From: a virus
Taxonomy: Duplodnaviria; Caudoviricetes
DNA length: 40,740 nucleotides
Reading direction: 5' to 3' (one strand)
Virus record (IMG/VR): IMGVR_UViG_3300031965_000074
Location: 1-40,740 of that record
Of this stretch, positions 9,987 through 18,752 are shown in pieces. The translations under genes were made by a program, and so were the position numbers. Within the stretch, counting starts at the first letter, position 1; each line of letters begins with the position of its first letter. The notes below the pieces were generated by a model that saw only the letters and a list, made by a program, of their open reading frames with translations, had not been told where the DNA came from and searched no databases.

Positions 9987-10185
9987 TTTCGCCGGAAACT
10001 TGCTCGCGTTTGTCCGAGACCACTATGTCGAACTCCTGGCCGTACTGGGCGCGCTAGTCGCCGCCCTGAAGGTCATTGCCCCGCTGACGCCTACCCAGTA
10101 CGACGACAAGGCCGTGGCCGGGCTCAGCTGGTTCGTGGACAAGCTGGTCTCCGCGGTTAGTCCCAAGTCCAAGAGGATGCCCTAG
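9979..10185 (+). CDS. Putative holin
   Basis: 68 aa, TM helix followed by APLTPTQYDD motif typical of small phage holin-like proteins; basic C-terminus. Confidence 0.55.
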   Translation: MIDFAGNLLAFVRDHYVELLAVLGALVAALKVIAPLTPTQYDDKAVAGLSWFVDKLVSAVSPKSKRMP

Positions 10186-10817
10186 TGCGCGGGCTAGTGG
10201 TCGCGCTTAGCGTGCTCCTGGCGGCCTGTGGCGGGAGTTCCTACGACTCGGCGCTGTACGACAGCCCGGGGATTCAAAACGCCGCAGAGCGCACGTACGA
10301 CATCGGTGTGGAATGCTACGACGGCAGCGCCTCTGGGGGTAGCGCTATCTACCTCAGTGAGGGCAGAGCCCTGACGGCGTATCATGTCATGTCCGGGCTG
10401 GACAACTGTGAGGCTACCCTGACGGACGACCAGGGCCAGGAGTACAAGGGCTTCATGATTGAACACGACAAGAGCCTAGACGTGGCCCTGCTGGTCACCA
10501 CGGACGACAGGGCGTTCTGGCCGACCGAGATGCGCTGGGGTCGGCTGGGCGAGCCTGTGGTCAACGTGGGCTATCCTATGCACCCGTCGGCTATGCAGCC
10601 CTCGGTGTTGTCTGTGACGACTGGTACGTTTTCCGAGCGACGGTACAAGCGCCACCGGGTCACGGCGTCGTGCTTTTTTGGTAGCTCGGGTGGCGGTACC
10701 TGGAGCGTCCGGGATAACAAGCTGCTCGGCATTACCGTGAGTACTTACGCGCAGCTGGACGGGTTCTGCTACGTTACGCCGGCCGAGCTGATTCAGCGCT
10801 GGCTGGACGGCGAGTAG
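10185..10817 (+). CDS. Trypsin-like (S1) serine protease, lipoprotein
   Basis: Lipobox LAAC; catalytic triad motifs LTAYHV, DVALL, FGSSGGG; VGYP. Confidence 0.88.
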   Translation: MRGLVVALSVLLAACGGSSYDSALYDSPGIQNAAERTYDIGVECYDGSASGGSAIYLSEGRALTAYHVMSGLDNCEATLTDDQGQEYKGFMIEHDKSLDVALLVTTDDRAFWPTEMRWGRLGEPVVNVGYPMHPSAMQPSVLSVTTGTFSERRYKRHRVTASCFFGSSGGGTWSVRDNKLLGITVSTYAQLDGFCYVTPAELIQRWLDGE

Positions 10818-10818
10818 C

Positions 10819-11427
10819 ATGCGCACCGCGGGGCTTATACTAGGCGTAGTCCTAGCAGCGTGCGGCCAGGCACCGGACGAGCCCGAGGCTACGTTTATCC
10901 AGGTGTGCCTGTCGCCGCTGGCCCCCGTGGGCGTGTATAGCCTGTCCGGTCAATGTGATGAGCCCGTCGAGGTCCGCTGGCAGCTGCCGGCGCTGGTAGG
11001 CTTCGACCCCGGCGTGCCGGCTGAGACTGTAGCCGCGGTAGCAGCTGCGGCCGACAAGTGGAACACCTGGCTCGGCGGGGATGCCCTACTGGTGGTACCT
11101 GGCCGACTCGGGTTAGTCTACGGCGACATCCAGGTGTCGGCGCGTGGCTGGACGGCGGGACAGACCTACGCTGGTATGAGCCAGTTTGCCTATGACTACG
11201 GCTACGGCCAGTTCTACGTAGACGTGCTACTATACGGCACGTACGCCTGGCACGAGGAAACCATCCTGCACGAGCTGGGCCACACGCTGGGGCTGGACCA
11301 CGACCCGGAGCGTACGGATAGCATCATGTACCCGCGCGTGAACGGCGACCCGAGCATACTCACAGCGGCGGACTGCTTGGCGTTTCGCGAAGCTTATCCG
11401 GACGAGCTAGACCCGCCTGATTGTTAG
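10819..11427 (+). CDS. Matrixin-like (metzincin) zinc metalloprotease, lipoprotein
   Basis: Lipobox LAAC; HELGHTLGLDH zinc motif; Met-turn SIMYP; AADKWN helix. Confidence 0.9.
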   Translation: MRTAGLILGVVLAACGQAPDEPEATFIQVCLSPLAPVGVYSLSGQCDEPVEVRWQLPALVGFDPGVPAETVAAVAAAADKWNTWLGGDALLVVPGRLGLVYGDIQVSARGWTAGQTYAGMSQFAYDYGYGQFYVDVLLYGTYAWHEETILHELGHTLGLDHDPERTDSIMYPRVNGDPSILTAADCLAFREAYPDELDPPDC

Positions 11428-11446
11428 ACTAGACTAGACTGCACAC

Positions 11447-11493
11447 AAAAGAAAATCCCGGCGGCCACAGCGGCTACCGGGATTTTTCCGTTT
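11447..11493. terminator. Bidirectional rho-independent terminator
   Basis: AAAATCCCGG...CCGGGATTTT stem with an A-run on the left and a T-run on the right. Confidence 0.8.
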
Positions 11494-11508
11494 CAGGAGA
11501 ACACTGCA

Positions 11509-11907
11509 ATGAATACGATTATCACGGGCTACATGCGAGAGCTTCCGGTCGGGTATAAAACACGAATGCGAGAGCTAACGCTTGGTCCGATTGCCTGGGG
11601 CATGTGGTCCTGGACGTTTCACGATGGCTCCACCAGAGCAGCGGTGCTTGTGGGTCCGGATAGAGACATCCAGGCGTGGGCCAGCCTAACCCCGGAAGTG
11701 GATTTGCTGCCTGTGATAGGCGTTTACGTGCCCGAAGAACTGCGCGGTGCAGGTCTCGCAGCGCAACTTGTACGAACCCTGCTGCTTGACTGTCTGGCGA
11801 CAAAGGTACTAAGTCCAGGCGACGCAATCTACGCCGCAACTCAGCGGTGGTCAGCCTACCCGGCTGTGATTGCCTCGTGCGGGCTTGTCTGCCGGCCGTG
11901 GGTGTAG
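11509..11907 (+). CDS. GNAT-family acetyltransferase-like protein
   Basis: AGGAG RBS; acetyl-CoA motif A VYVPEELRGAGLAAQLVR. Confidence 0.7.
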   Translation: MNTIITGYMRELPVGYKTRMRELTLGPIAWGMWSWTFHDGSTRAAVLVGPDRDIQAWASLTPEVDLLPVIGVYVPEELRGAGLAAQLVRTLLLDCLATKVLSPGDAIYAATQRWSAYPAVIASCGLVCRPWV

Positions 11908-11910
11908 CCG

Positions 11911-12123
11911 TCATGCCGGCGTATCCGGGCAGCCCGCGGCTTGCCATACCTTGACGGCTGTCTCGATGATACACGTGGCAAGCCAGGCTGACATGTCCGT
12001 GTCCCAGCAGATTAGCATAGTGTTGCCTGTGGCAGTGTGACAAGCTGTCACGGCACCGGGCTCAGCGCCTAGTAGCTCTATGCCCTGTTTGCGAAGGTTA
12101 CGCACTAGTTTGGTCTCTCGCAT
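11911..12123 (-). CDS. Hypothetical protein
   Basis: Immediately follows polA on the same strand. Confidence 0.45.
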   Translation of the reverse strand: MRETKLVRNLRKQGIELLGAEPGAVTACHTATGNTMLICWDTDMSAWLATCIIETAVKVWQAAGCPDTPA

Positions 12124-12124
12124 A

Positions 12125-14179
12125 TCAGTCCTTCCCGTCGGCCCAGCAGTCGCACGGGCCGCCCTCGACCTTGAGCTGTAGCGTCAGGTCAAAGCGCTGC
12201 CGCACCATGTGGGTCGCCACCTGGGGTGCCAGCTCGTCTGCTAGGTCAGTCGGCACCTCGATGACCAGCTCGTCGTGGACCTGCATCAGCTGCCGCAGCC
12301 CGGCCTCCGTGAGCTGCTGGTCGGCGTCGATGTCTATCATAGCTGCCGCCATGATGTCGGCCGCACTGCCCTGGATAGGCGTGTTCGCTGCCTGTCGCGC
12401 GGCGCGGTCCCGGTCGCCGGACCAGTCGCTCTGGGACTTACGCAGCGGCCGGTAGCGGCCAGCGATGGTATAGATACCGCCGTGCTGCTCGGCGTATCGC
12501 CGGGTCCAGCCGTGGTACTCCTGGACGCCGGGGAACGTCGCAAAGTACCGGTTGAGCAAGTCGTTAGCGTAGTCCAGTCCGACTGACTCGCCGGTCTCGT
12601 CGAGCAGGCCCACGGCCAGGCCCTGCGGCGTCTTGAGGTAGTTCGTAGCCAGTACGACAATCTTGGCCAGCTTGCGCCAGTTCTGGACCGCCTTGTCCGG
12701 GTGCCGCTTGATGTCCACGGCGTCGATGCCGGCCAGCGCTTCCGGCCAGCACTGCTTGGCAATGGCGCCGTACACGTCGCCCGACGCAAGGGCCTCGGCG
12801 ATGGACCGGTCGCCGAACAGCTTGATTAGCACGTGCGCCAGGATGTAGATTTCCAGCTGCGAGAAGTCATACACTAGCAGCCGATATCCCGGCGCGGCCA
12901 CGAACGCCCGGCGGATAGCGTACGGGTCGGACCCCGGAATCTGTTGCAGGGCTGGTTTGCGCATAGCGAGCCGGCCCGTTTCTGTATCTGGGCCCATGAC
13001 GCTGTGCAGCCGGCCAGTCGTGGCGTTGACGAAGCCGGGCAGGTCACGGCCGTAGCCGCCGTAGCGGGCCGCCTTGCGACGCTGCCGAAGCAGGCCCAGC
13101 ATGGCGCGGTGCTCCGGGCAGTTCAGTTCGAGCCAGTGTAGGCTGGCCTCGGCCGTGGTACGCTCGCCGGCCTCGGTGCGCTGGATAGCCTTGACCGTGC
13201 CCTTGATAGGCGGCAGCGGGCAGTTCAGCCGGTCATAGAGGAAAGCCGCCAGCTGCTGCGGGCTGGACCAGAGTACGTCGGGCGCACAGTCGGCCAGCGC
13301 TCGGTCAATGTCCGCCACGTCTCGCGCCGAGCGACGCTGCACGTAGTTGCACCACACGGTGTCCAGCTGCACGCCGCGGGCTTCCATGTTGCTGACCACG
13401 CGGCAGAACGGATGCCAGAAGTCCTGGTACAGGTCCAGGTTAGACTTGCCCTCGCGAGCCGGTATGCGCTCTAGCCGCTGGTCTAGCTGCGGGCTAATCA
13501 CGCGCACGGCCCAGGCATCCTGGCCGGCGTACTGCACCGCGGCCGGCATGCGCTGCGGGTAGTCTGCCGCGACCTGGCTCAACGGTATCAGCTCGCGCCG
13601 TTTATCGCTCAGGCTGAACGTGCTGACTTCGCCCGGGCAGGTCAACACCGGCCAGGGCCTAGCCTCGGTGGGCTTGTTCGCACGGAAGGTCTTGTACAGC
13701 TTGGACTTGTTCCGCCCGGGCCGGCTGAACAGCGACTGAAACGTCGCCGGGTCGTACACGCCTGCGAAGCGCTGCTCCAGGGATTTCAAGTCGTGGCCGA
13801 TGGTATTGTCGCTGTAGCTCAGCTGCGACTTGCGCAGCGTGTCGCCGACGATGTTACCCAGCTGTACCCCGGCGCCTGCGAACATGTGCCGGTCGAAGCG
13901 CCAGATGTTATGCCCCTCGACGGGCGCAGACTCTAGCCACTCGCGGAACACCGGCAGCAGGTGCGCATACAGGAACGCGCACTGCACCGTGCCGTAGCGG
14001 TCGGTCCAGCCCAGGGACCACCACACGATGCGGCCCGTCGCGACCGGTGACTGCGCCCGCGGGTCGATGCCCTCGGTTTCGCAGTCCAGGCCGAACGGAC
14101 CGGGCATACAAGAAAGCTCGGCCAGTAACGACCGAGCTTGCTCATGCGTCTCAATTATGCGAGGCGCCGGGGGTTTCAT
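12125..14179 (-). CDS. polA: Family A DNA polymerase with 3'-5' exonuclease domain
   Basis: Exo I LDCET, Exo II HNIWRFD, Exo III YAGQDA; TGRL; motif A DFSQLE; motif B RKLAKIVVLATNY; NTPIQGSAAD; motif C QVHDEL. Confidence 0.95.
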   Translation of the reverse strand: MKPPAPRIIETHEQARSLLAELSCMPGPFGLDCETEGIDPRAQSPVATGRIVWWSLGWTDRYGTVQCAFLYAHLLPVFREWLESAPVEGHNIWRFDRHMFAGAGVQLGNIVGDTLRKSQLSYSDNTIGHDLKSLEQRFAGVYDPATFQSLFSRPGRNKSKLYKTFRANKPTEARPWPVLTCPGEVSTFSLSDKRRELIPLSQVAADYPQRMPAAVQYAGQDAWAVRVISPQLDQRLERIPAREGKSNLDLYQDFWHPFCRVVSNMEARGVQLDTVWCNYVQRRSARDVADIDRALADCAPDVLWSSPQQLAAFLYDRLNCPLPPIKGTVKAIQRTEAGERTTAEASLHWLELNCPEHRAMLGLLRQRRKAARYGGYGRDLPGFVNATTGRLHSVMGPDTETGRLAMRKPALQQIPGSDPYAIRRAFVAAPGYRLLVYDFSQLEIYILAHVLIKLFGDRSIAEALASGDVYGAIAKQCWPEALAGIDAVDIKRHPDKAVQNWRKLAKIVVLATNYLKTPQGLAVGLLDETGESVGLDYANDLLNRYFATFPGVQEYHGWTRRYAEQHGGIYTIAGRYRPLRKSQSDWSGDRDRAARQAANTPIQGSAADIMAAAMIDIDADQQLTEAGLRQLMQVHDELVIEVPTDLADELAPQVATHMVRQRFDLTLQLKVEGGPCDCWADGKD

Positions 14180-14180
14180 C

Positions 14181-14381
14181 TTAGTCGGCCCAACAGCCGG
14201 TACCGGCTAGAAAGTGAGCAATGTCTGCGCGCATTTCTTTCTCGGTGCTAAACAGGTGAAGTTCACTTCCTCTGACCTGGTCCTCACAGTCGCAATCGCG
14301 AGGTTCGGCCCAGGCGTACGTCACTTGATACCCGCCGTTAGATGCTAGCCTCACCTCGATGGTGCACAGAAAATCCGTCAT
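14181..14381 (-). CDS. Hypothetical protein (66 aa; start reassigned to MTDFLC)
   Basis: AAGGAG RBS upstream of ATG at 14381. Confidence 0.5.
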   Translation of the reverse strand: MTDFLCTIEVRLASNGGYQVTYAWAEPRDCDCEDQVRGSELHLFSTEKEMRADIAHFLAGTGCWAD

Positions 14382-14448
14382 AGAATGCTCCTTAGGTCTT
14401 GGGAAAAGGTTGTTCACAATTGGGGTCCACCCTGCTAAGCCGTATATC

Positions 14449-15432
14449 CTACTGGGCATACTTCCGCCGCAGGTAGTCTAGGTCTACTTCCATGATGTTG
14501 TACTCCCCGCCGCTGACGCCGTGCTTCATGATGATGCCCCGCCAGTAGCAGTTGCCCTGTGGCCCAGGATATTCCTCGTCGTGCAAGTAGCAGCTGCCGG
14601 CGATGAGACCACGCAGCAGCCGGTTGCCCACCGGGAGGTTAGCCACTTCCAGGCCAGGCGTGTGGCCCGCCGTGGCCGACTGCGCCGCCCGCTGAATCTG
14701 GGCCTTCGCGCTAGGTGCGCCGCGTGTGGTCTGGAACACGCGACCGTTCGCCGACCGCGGGAAGAAGTGCGCGTACAGCACGCCGTCCACGTCGATGGGC
14801 TGCAAGAACGGAAACCGCTGCCAGCCCGCAGCTTCCCAGCCGACGCCGTCCAGAGTGAGTGCACCTTCCAGCGCCGGGTGGTCCGCGACGTATCGCTCGA
14901 TGCGGTACTCGTGGTTGCCAGTGACGAACAGCTTCAGCTCGGGCTCGTAGCCATCCATGCCGGCTTCGAACAGCTCCAGCGATTCGCGACCCGAGGCGAT
15001 GTCAGCCGTGAAGCGCTTACCTTCGGCGCCGATGCGGCCGATGTCATAGCTGCTGATGCTAGCCATGTCGAGCCAGTCGCCCATGTGGATAACCACGTCG
15101 GGCTTCTTATGCGCGATGTACTGACCAATCCAGTAGAAGTGGTCCAGCGGTACACCGGCGCGTACTTGCGTGTCCGGGATAATCAGGTGCTTCCGGCGGC
15201 GGGGGCTATGGAACACCGGCATGCGGCTGCCATTGTCCAGGCCGTCGTACTGTGGCAGCTGTGGCGAGGGCTCGGCCGGCTGCGACTGTCGCGTGTGCCG
15301 CCCATATGCGATGCGAATATAGTCCGCGGTGCAGCCGAAGCCAGCGGCTATGGCTGGCCAGGTTAGGCCCTGACGCCGGCAGTAACGGACCGTCGTAAGC
15401 CAGTCAGTGGGTAGCCTATACTTGTTATTCAC
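14449..15432 (-). CDS. Calcineurin-like metallophosphoesterase with N-terminal HTH-like segment
   Basis: IIPDTQV, HMGDWLD, GNHE, YAH, GHT motifs; N-terminal GLTWPAIAAGFGCT. Confidence 0.85.
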   Translation of the reverse strand: MNNKYRLPTDWLTTVRYCRRQGLTWPAIAAGFGCTADYIRIAYGRHTRQSQPAEPSPQLPQYDGLDNGSRMPVFHSPRRRKHLIIPDTQVRAGVPLDHFYWIGQYIAHKKPDVVIHMGDWLDMASISSYDIGRIGAEGKRFTADIASGRESLELFEAGMDGYEPELKLFVTGNHEYRIERYVADHPALEGALTLDGVGWEAAGWQRFPFLQPIDVDGVLYAHFFPRSANGRVFQTTRGAPSAKAQIQRAAQSATAGHTPGLEVANLPVGNRLLRGLIAGSCYLHDEEYPGPQGNCYWRGIIMKHGVSGGEYNIMEVDLDYLRRKYAQ

Positions 15433-15922
15433 AGCGGTAATACTCCTTGCACGAGTCGCAGGCTAGTTCCATGCCGCTGCGGCCTTCGTAGGTTTGGCAA
15501 TCGCCGGGTTGGACTGGGACAGTATACCGACTGGGCTCGTGTTCGCAGTTCGGATTGTCATCGCCGTCAATCGCGGCAGCCGACTCACCAGGCTCAGGCA
15601 TCGGCAAGTCCAGCATACCCCGGCGGACATAGGTCACGATGAACGTCAAGCAAGCCAGCGCGTTCTCGATATGCCGCGTACCTAGCTCCGGGTCGAGCCA
15701 CTGACCGTGCCGCCCGTTGGTGCTCACGTACTTGTGGGCTTCGAGCATATGCCGCTGCATAGCCGCATACAGCCGGTCCCATGTCAGGCCGCCCTGTTCC
15801 CAGTTGCGGTCGCCATACTTCGCGGCGCCGGGCCCGAGGATAGCCGCAAGGGCTTCCATGGCCTCGGGCGGCACTAGGTCCATGCGGGCTTTACCGCCGT
15901 CGAACTTATTAGCTGGCGCCAT
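15425..15922 (-). CDS. dATP/dGTP diphosphohydrolase N-terminal domain (DUF5664-like) protein
   Basis: KFDGGKARMDLVP...GAAKYGDRNWEQG...AAMQRH...DPELG..HI..A. Confidence 0.85.
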   Translation of the reverse strand: MAPANKFDGGKARMDLVPPEAMEALAAILGPGAAKYGDRNWEQGGLTWDRLYAAMQRHMLEAHKYVSTNGRHGQWLDPELGTRHIENALACLTFIVTYVRRGMLDLPMPEPGESAAAIDGDDNPNCEHEPSRYTVPVQPGDCQTYEGRSGMELACDSCKEYYRCE

Positions 15923-16565
15923 TGGTAAATTCCTCCGTCACTCGGGCTTGGTCAATCTTATCGACCAGCTGCTCGTGGATGTCCATGTACTTCGCGTAGG
16001 CTTCGTCCGCGCTCCAGGGCGTGAACAGGTTGTACGGCATGAATAGCTCACCCGTGTCGGGCAGCGGCTCATACATCCAGCGGGCCTCGGGCGGCACGAT
16101 GCGCTTGACCTCGAAGGCGAACACGGCCTTGTCGGCCCAGCGAACCAGCGGGTCGCGTAGGTCCACCTGGTAACGGGCTTCGATGGCGCAGCCTAGCTTG
16201 GCCTCTAGGAAGTCCATCGCGTCGGTGCGCGTCCGCAGCCAGGCCTTGACTGGACTAGGCATATCCGACGTGACGATTTCACCATCGTCGTGGTGCAGCG
16301 CCGCCAGTACCTGCGGCGGGATGCCACCGTGGCGAAGGACCACTTCGGCGACCAGGCACGCATGCTGTGCCACTGTGTAGTCCGAATAATTGCCGGCGTA
16401 CCGCCTGATATGGCTGAGACTGCGCGCCACCGGGTCGGGCTGGAACGCAGCCGGGTCAGGATTGTCTAGGAATATCCGCGTGCCGGTTGTGCCACGCACG
16501 CCCATGTAGATATCGCCAGACTCGTTGCGATACGTTTCGTCTACGCTGGTAATATAGTCACTCAT
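15909..16565 (-). CDS. HD-domain phosphohydrolase (YfbR/YfdR-like 5'-deoxynucleotidase)
   Basis: RSLSHIRRYAG, YTVAQH, ALHHDDGE..SDMPSPVK, WAD...E. Confidence 0.85.
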   Translation of the reverse strand: MSDYITSVDETYRNESGDIYMGVRGTTGTRIFLDNPDPAAFQPDPVARSLSHIRRYAGNYSDYTVAQHACLVAEVVLRHGGIPPQVLAALHHDDGEIVTSDMPSPVKAWLRTRTDAMDFLEAKLGCAIEARYQVDLRDPLVRWADKAVFAFEVKRIVPPEARWMYEPLPDTGELFMPYNLFTPWSADEAYAKYMDIHEQLVDKIDQARVTEEFTNGAS

Positions 16566-16567
16566 GC

Positions 16568-16870
16568 TTACCTCCAGAAAACCCAGTAGCGGGCCGTGCG
16601 GTATAGGTTCAACGCGCCCGGTGCTAGCTCGGCCGCACGGTTGGCCGCGTGTTGCTCGGTCTGGTACGTCGCCGTACTTAGCCGCAACACGATGGTCGGG
16701 AACGTGTACTCGTAGTCGGGCCGTGGCTCGGTGTCGCCAGGCTCGTAGGCCGACACCGTAGTGTCAGCCGGAAATTGCATAAGCAAATCGTTGTCGTCGG
16801 GCGCACGCAAGATGTCGTCGCCGTAGTCTTCCACGGGCAACTCGTCTAGCTCCGCCTGCACAGGGTACAT
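16568..16870 (-). CDS. Hypothetical acidic protein
   Basis: Translationally coupled within the operon. Confidence 0.55.
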   Translation of the reverse strand: MYPVQAELDELPVEDYGDDILRAPDDNDLLMQFPADTTVSAYEPGDTEPRPDYEYTFPTIVLRLSTATYQTEQHAANRAAELAPGALNLYRTARYWVFWR

Positions 16871-17319
16871 TAGTATTCAAACTCCAGGAGGCGAATGCTG
16901 AAACTGGCCTCAGTAGTGGTAGACTTCTGCTGCTGATAGTAGCCGCGCCAGTAGCTGGGGCTGTCGTCTATGATGGCCCCGTACTGTCGTAGCACGTCGA
17001 TTAGCGGCTTGCAACCGCCGATTAGGTTCTCCTGGTCGAAGGCACGAGCGCCTTTGCCCCAGTGGCGTGTGATGATGCCCGCGCGGAACCGCTGCGCATG
17101 AGGCACGCGGTTCAGCCACGGGGCTAGGTAATCCGCCAGTGCGTCGCGGTAACGGCGGTACAGGAAGTGACGCTTACTATTGCCGCCCAGTTGGTTCGTA
17201 GACCACGGCGCCGGGACTAGTTTACCGCCGTGCCACTTGACGGCTAGCGAGCCTTGGAAGACCCACTCCGCGCCGACAGTGCGCGCCGGGTCCCAGTGGC
17301 ATAGTTCGCATGCGCTCAT
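16870..17319 (-). CDS. RusA-like Holliday junction resolvase
   Basis: FDQENLIGGCKPLIDVL...GAIIDDS matches the RusA DxxN..K...D..DD pattern. Confidence 0.8.
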   Translation of the reverse strand: MSACELCHWDPARTVGAEWVFQGSLAVKWHGGKLVPAPWSTNQLGGNSKRHFLYRRYRDALADYLAPWLNRVPHAQRFRAGIITRHWGKGARAFDQENLIGGCKPLIDVLRQYGAIIDDSPSYWRGYYQQQKSTTTEASFSIRLLEFEY

Positions 17320-18245
17320 CGGAGGTACGGCCTCATCTCGTCGTCGAAGTTCTCGATGTAGCCCGTCTCGGGGTGGACCCGCAAGTGCATGGCGCCGATG
17401 TTACCCAGGACGTTCTTCAGTACCCAGGCCTCCAGGATTTCCGGGTATATGCTAATCCGGTCCGGGTCTTCCGTGAGGTAGCGCTGGTACATAGCGTACG
17501 GGCCCTTGGCTTGCGTCGGGGCCTTGCACTTGTTCCACGGGCGGAACAGGCCGATGACTAGCTTAGCGCCGATACGCATGGCCGAGCTGCCCAGCATGTC
17601 GTTCAGGTTCGGCCGCGGGTTAGCTCGGTACTCGTCGGACTGTTGCTTCTGCTGCGAAATCAGCAGCACCGCGGTCTTGGTCACCCGGGCGAAACGCTGG
17701 AACCGCTTGACGGCGTCGTCCAGGATTTGCTTCTCAGCGTTCAGGCCCGTGTCGGAGCCTAGCAACTGGACATAGTCCACGGCGACACAGTCGGCGTTCG
17801 TGGCCAGGGCTAGCTCGGTGATAGCTCCCACCGTGGGAGCCATGTCGTCCGGCGGCACGAAGATGTTCTTCGCTGCCGTGTGGTCCAGCGTCAGGCCGAT
17901 GCGGTCGATGTCTACCTGTGCCGCGGTGCCGCCTGCGATTTCGCCGTAGCCTACGCCGCTGTGGCGGGCCATGTACCGGTGTGCAGTCAGCTCGGGCAGG
18001 TCCTCTAGTGAGGCGTCTAGTACGCGGAAGCCGGCCGATGCCATGGCCAGCAGGATGTTATTCTTCAGCGTGGTCTTGAAGTTTCCGGGCTCAGCAAATA
18101 TGGCCGTAATCTTGTCACCCAAAATGCCACCGGGCACCCGACGTTCCAGGCCGATACCGCTCGGTAGCCCAGTCGGCCGAATGCCCGCCTGTAGTCGTGC
18201 TAGCTCTACGCCCAGCACGTCGCTTAGCGTGCGGTTGCTAGCCAA
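17316..18245 (-). CDS. DnaB-like replicative helicase (C-terminal domain type)
   Basis: Walker A AEPGNFKT, SLE, VDYVQLL, LISQ, RPNLND..GS. Start placed at TTG 18245 behind a GGAG RBS. Confidence 0.85.
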   Translation of the reverse strand: MASNRTLSDVLGVELARLQAGIRPTGLPSGIGLERRVPGGILGDKITAIFAEPGNFKTTLKNNILLAMASAGFRVLDASLEDLPELTAHRYMARHSGVGYGEIAGGTAAQVDIDRIGLTLDHTAAKNIFVPPDDMAPTVGAITELALATNADCVAVDYVQLLGSDTGLNAEKQILDDAVKRFQRFARVTKTAVLLISQQKQQSDEYRANPRPNLNDMLGSSAMRIGAKLVIGLFRPWNKCKAPTQAKGPYAMYQRYLTEDPDRISIYPEILEAWVLKNVLGNIGAMHLRVHPETGYIENFDDEMRPYLR

Positions 18246-18750
18246 AGTCGTCTCCGATGTCAGCCGCGTCGGCTTCGTCGAGGGCAACGCCCACGCCGCG
18301 CCCGCCTGAACCGGCGACTTGCTGACCGCGGGTATCCCACGCGCGGGCTAGCTGTAGGTACTTCCCGATGTTTCGCGCTACCGTGCCGAACGTTAGCTGC
18401 ATGGGCCACTTGTCGGTCCAGCCAGCTGCAATCCAACCACACAGCCGGTGCAGGTCCGCCGCCTCCAGGCCATCAACGGCCCGGAGGTTGCGCGCCATGA
18501 TGGCAAAGTCCTGCTGATTTACCGGCTGGCAGAGTACCCGGTCGGGCACCCGGGCTGACATCTCCTGGTGTAGCTTCTGCGGTGAGAATGCTAGCTTAGG
18601 AGCATCAGCCCGGGCAGCCCGGCGGGTCCGTTGTGGTAGCGCGGCGTCAAGCATGGCCGCTATCGAGTGGATGAGTGCTACCTCGCCGGATGCGAATTCG
18701 CGACCGGTTTCCATTCCGATAGCTGCCAGCTCTTGCGCGCGCTTAGACAC
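18238..18750 (-). CDS. Hypothetical protein; possible replication initiator/helicase loader
   Basis: Position directly upstream of the helicase; no motif recognised. Confidence 0.45.
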   Translation of the reverse strand: MSKRAQELAAIGMETGREFASGEVALIHSIAAMLDAALPQRTRRAARADAPKLAFSPQKLHQEMSARVPDRVLCQPVNQQDFAIMARNLRAVDGLEAADLHRLCGWIAAGWTDKWPMQLTFGTVARNIGKYLQLARAWDTRGQQVAGSGGRGVGVALDEADAADIGDDFG

Positions 18751-18752
18751 GA

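Noticed and set aside
11425-11440. (TAGAC)x3 microrepeat after the metalloprotease stop
   Set aside because: Too short to support a function beyond providing stops in several frames
14521-15366. 281-aa + strand ORF and similar long opposite-strand ORFs (4665-5387, 7638-8297, 21318-22088, 23573-24199)
   Set aside because: Antisense shadows of well-supported genes in high-GC DNA
12125-16565. Calling this a 2-aminoadenine (Z) genome system
   Set aside because: No PurZ/adenylosuccinate-synthetase-like ORF is visible, and strong restriction-site avoidance argues that the DNA is cleavable
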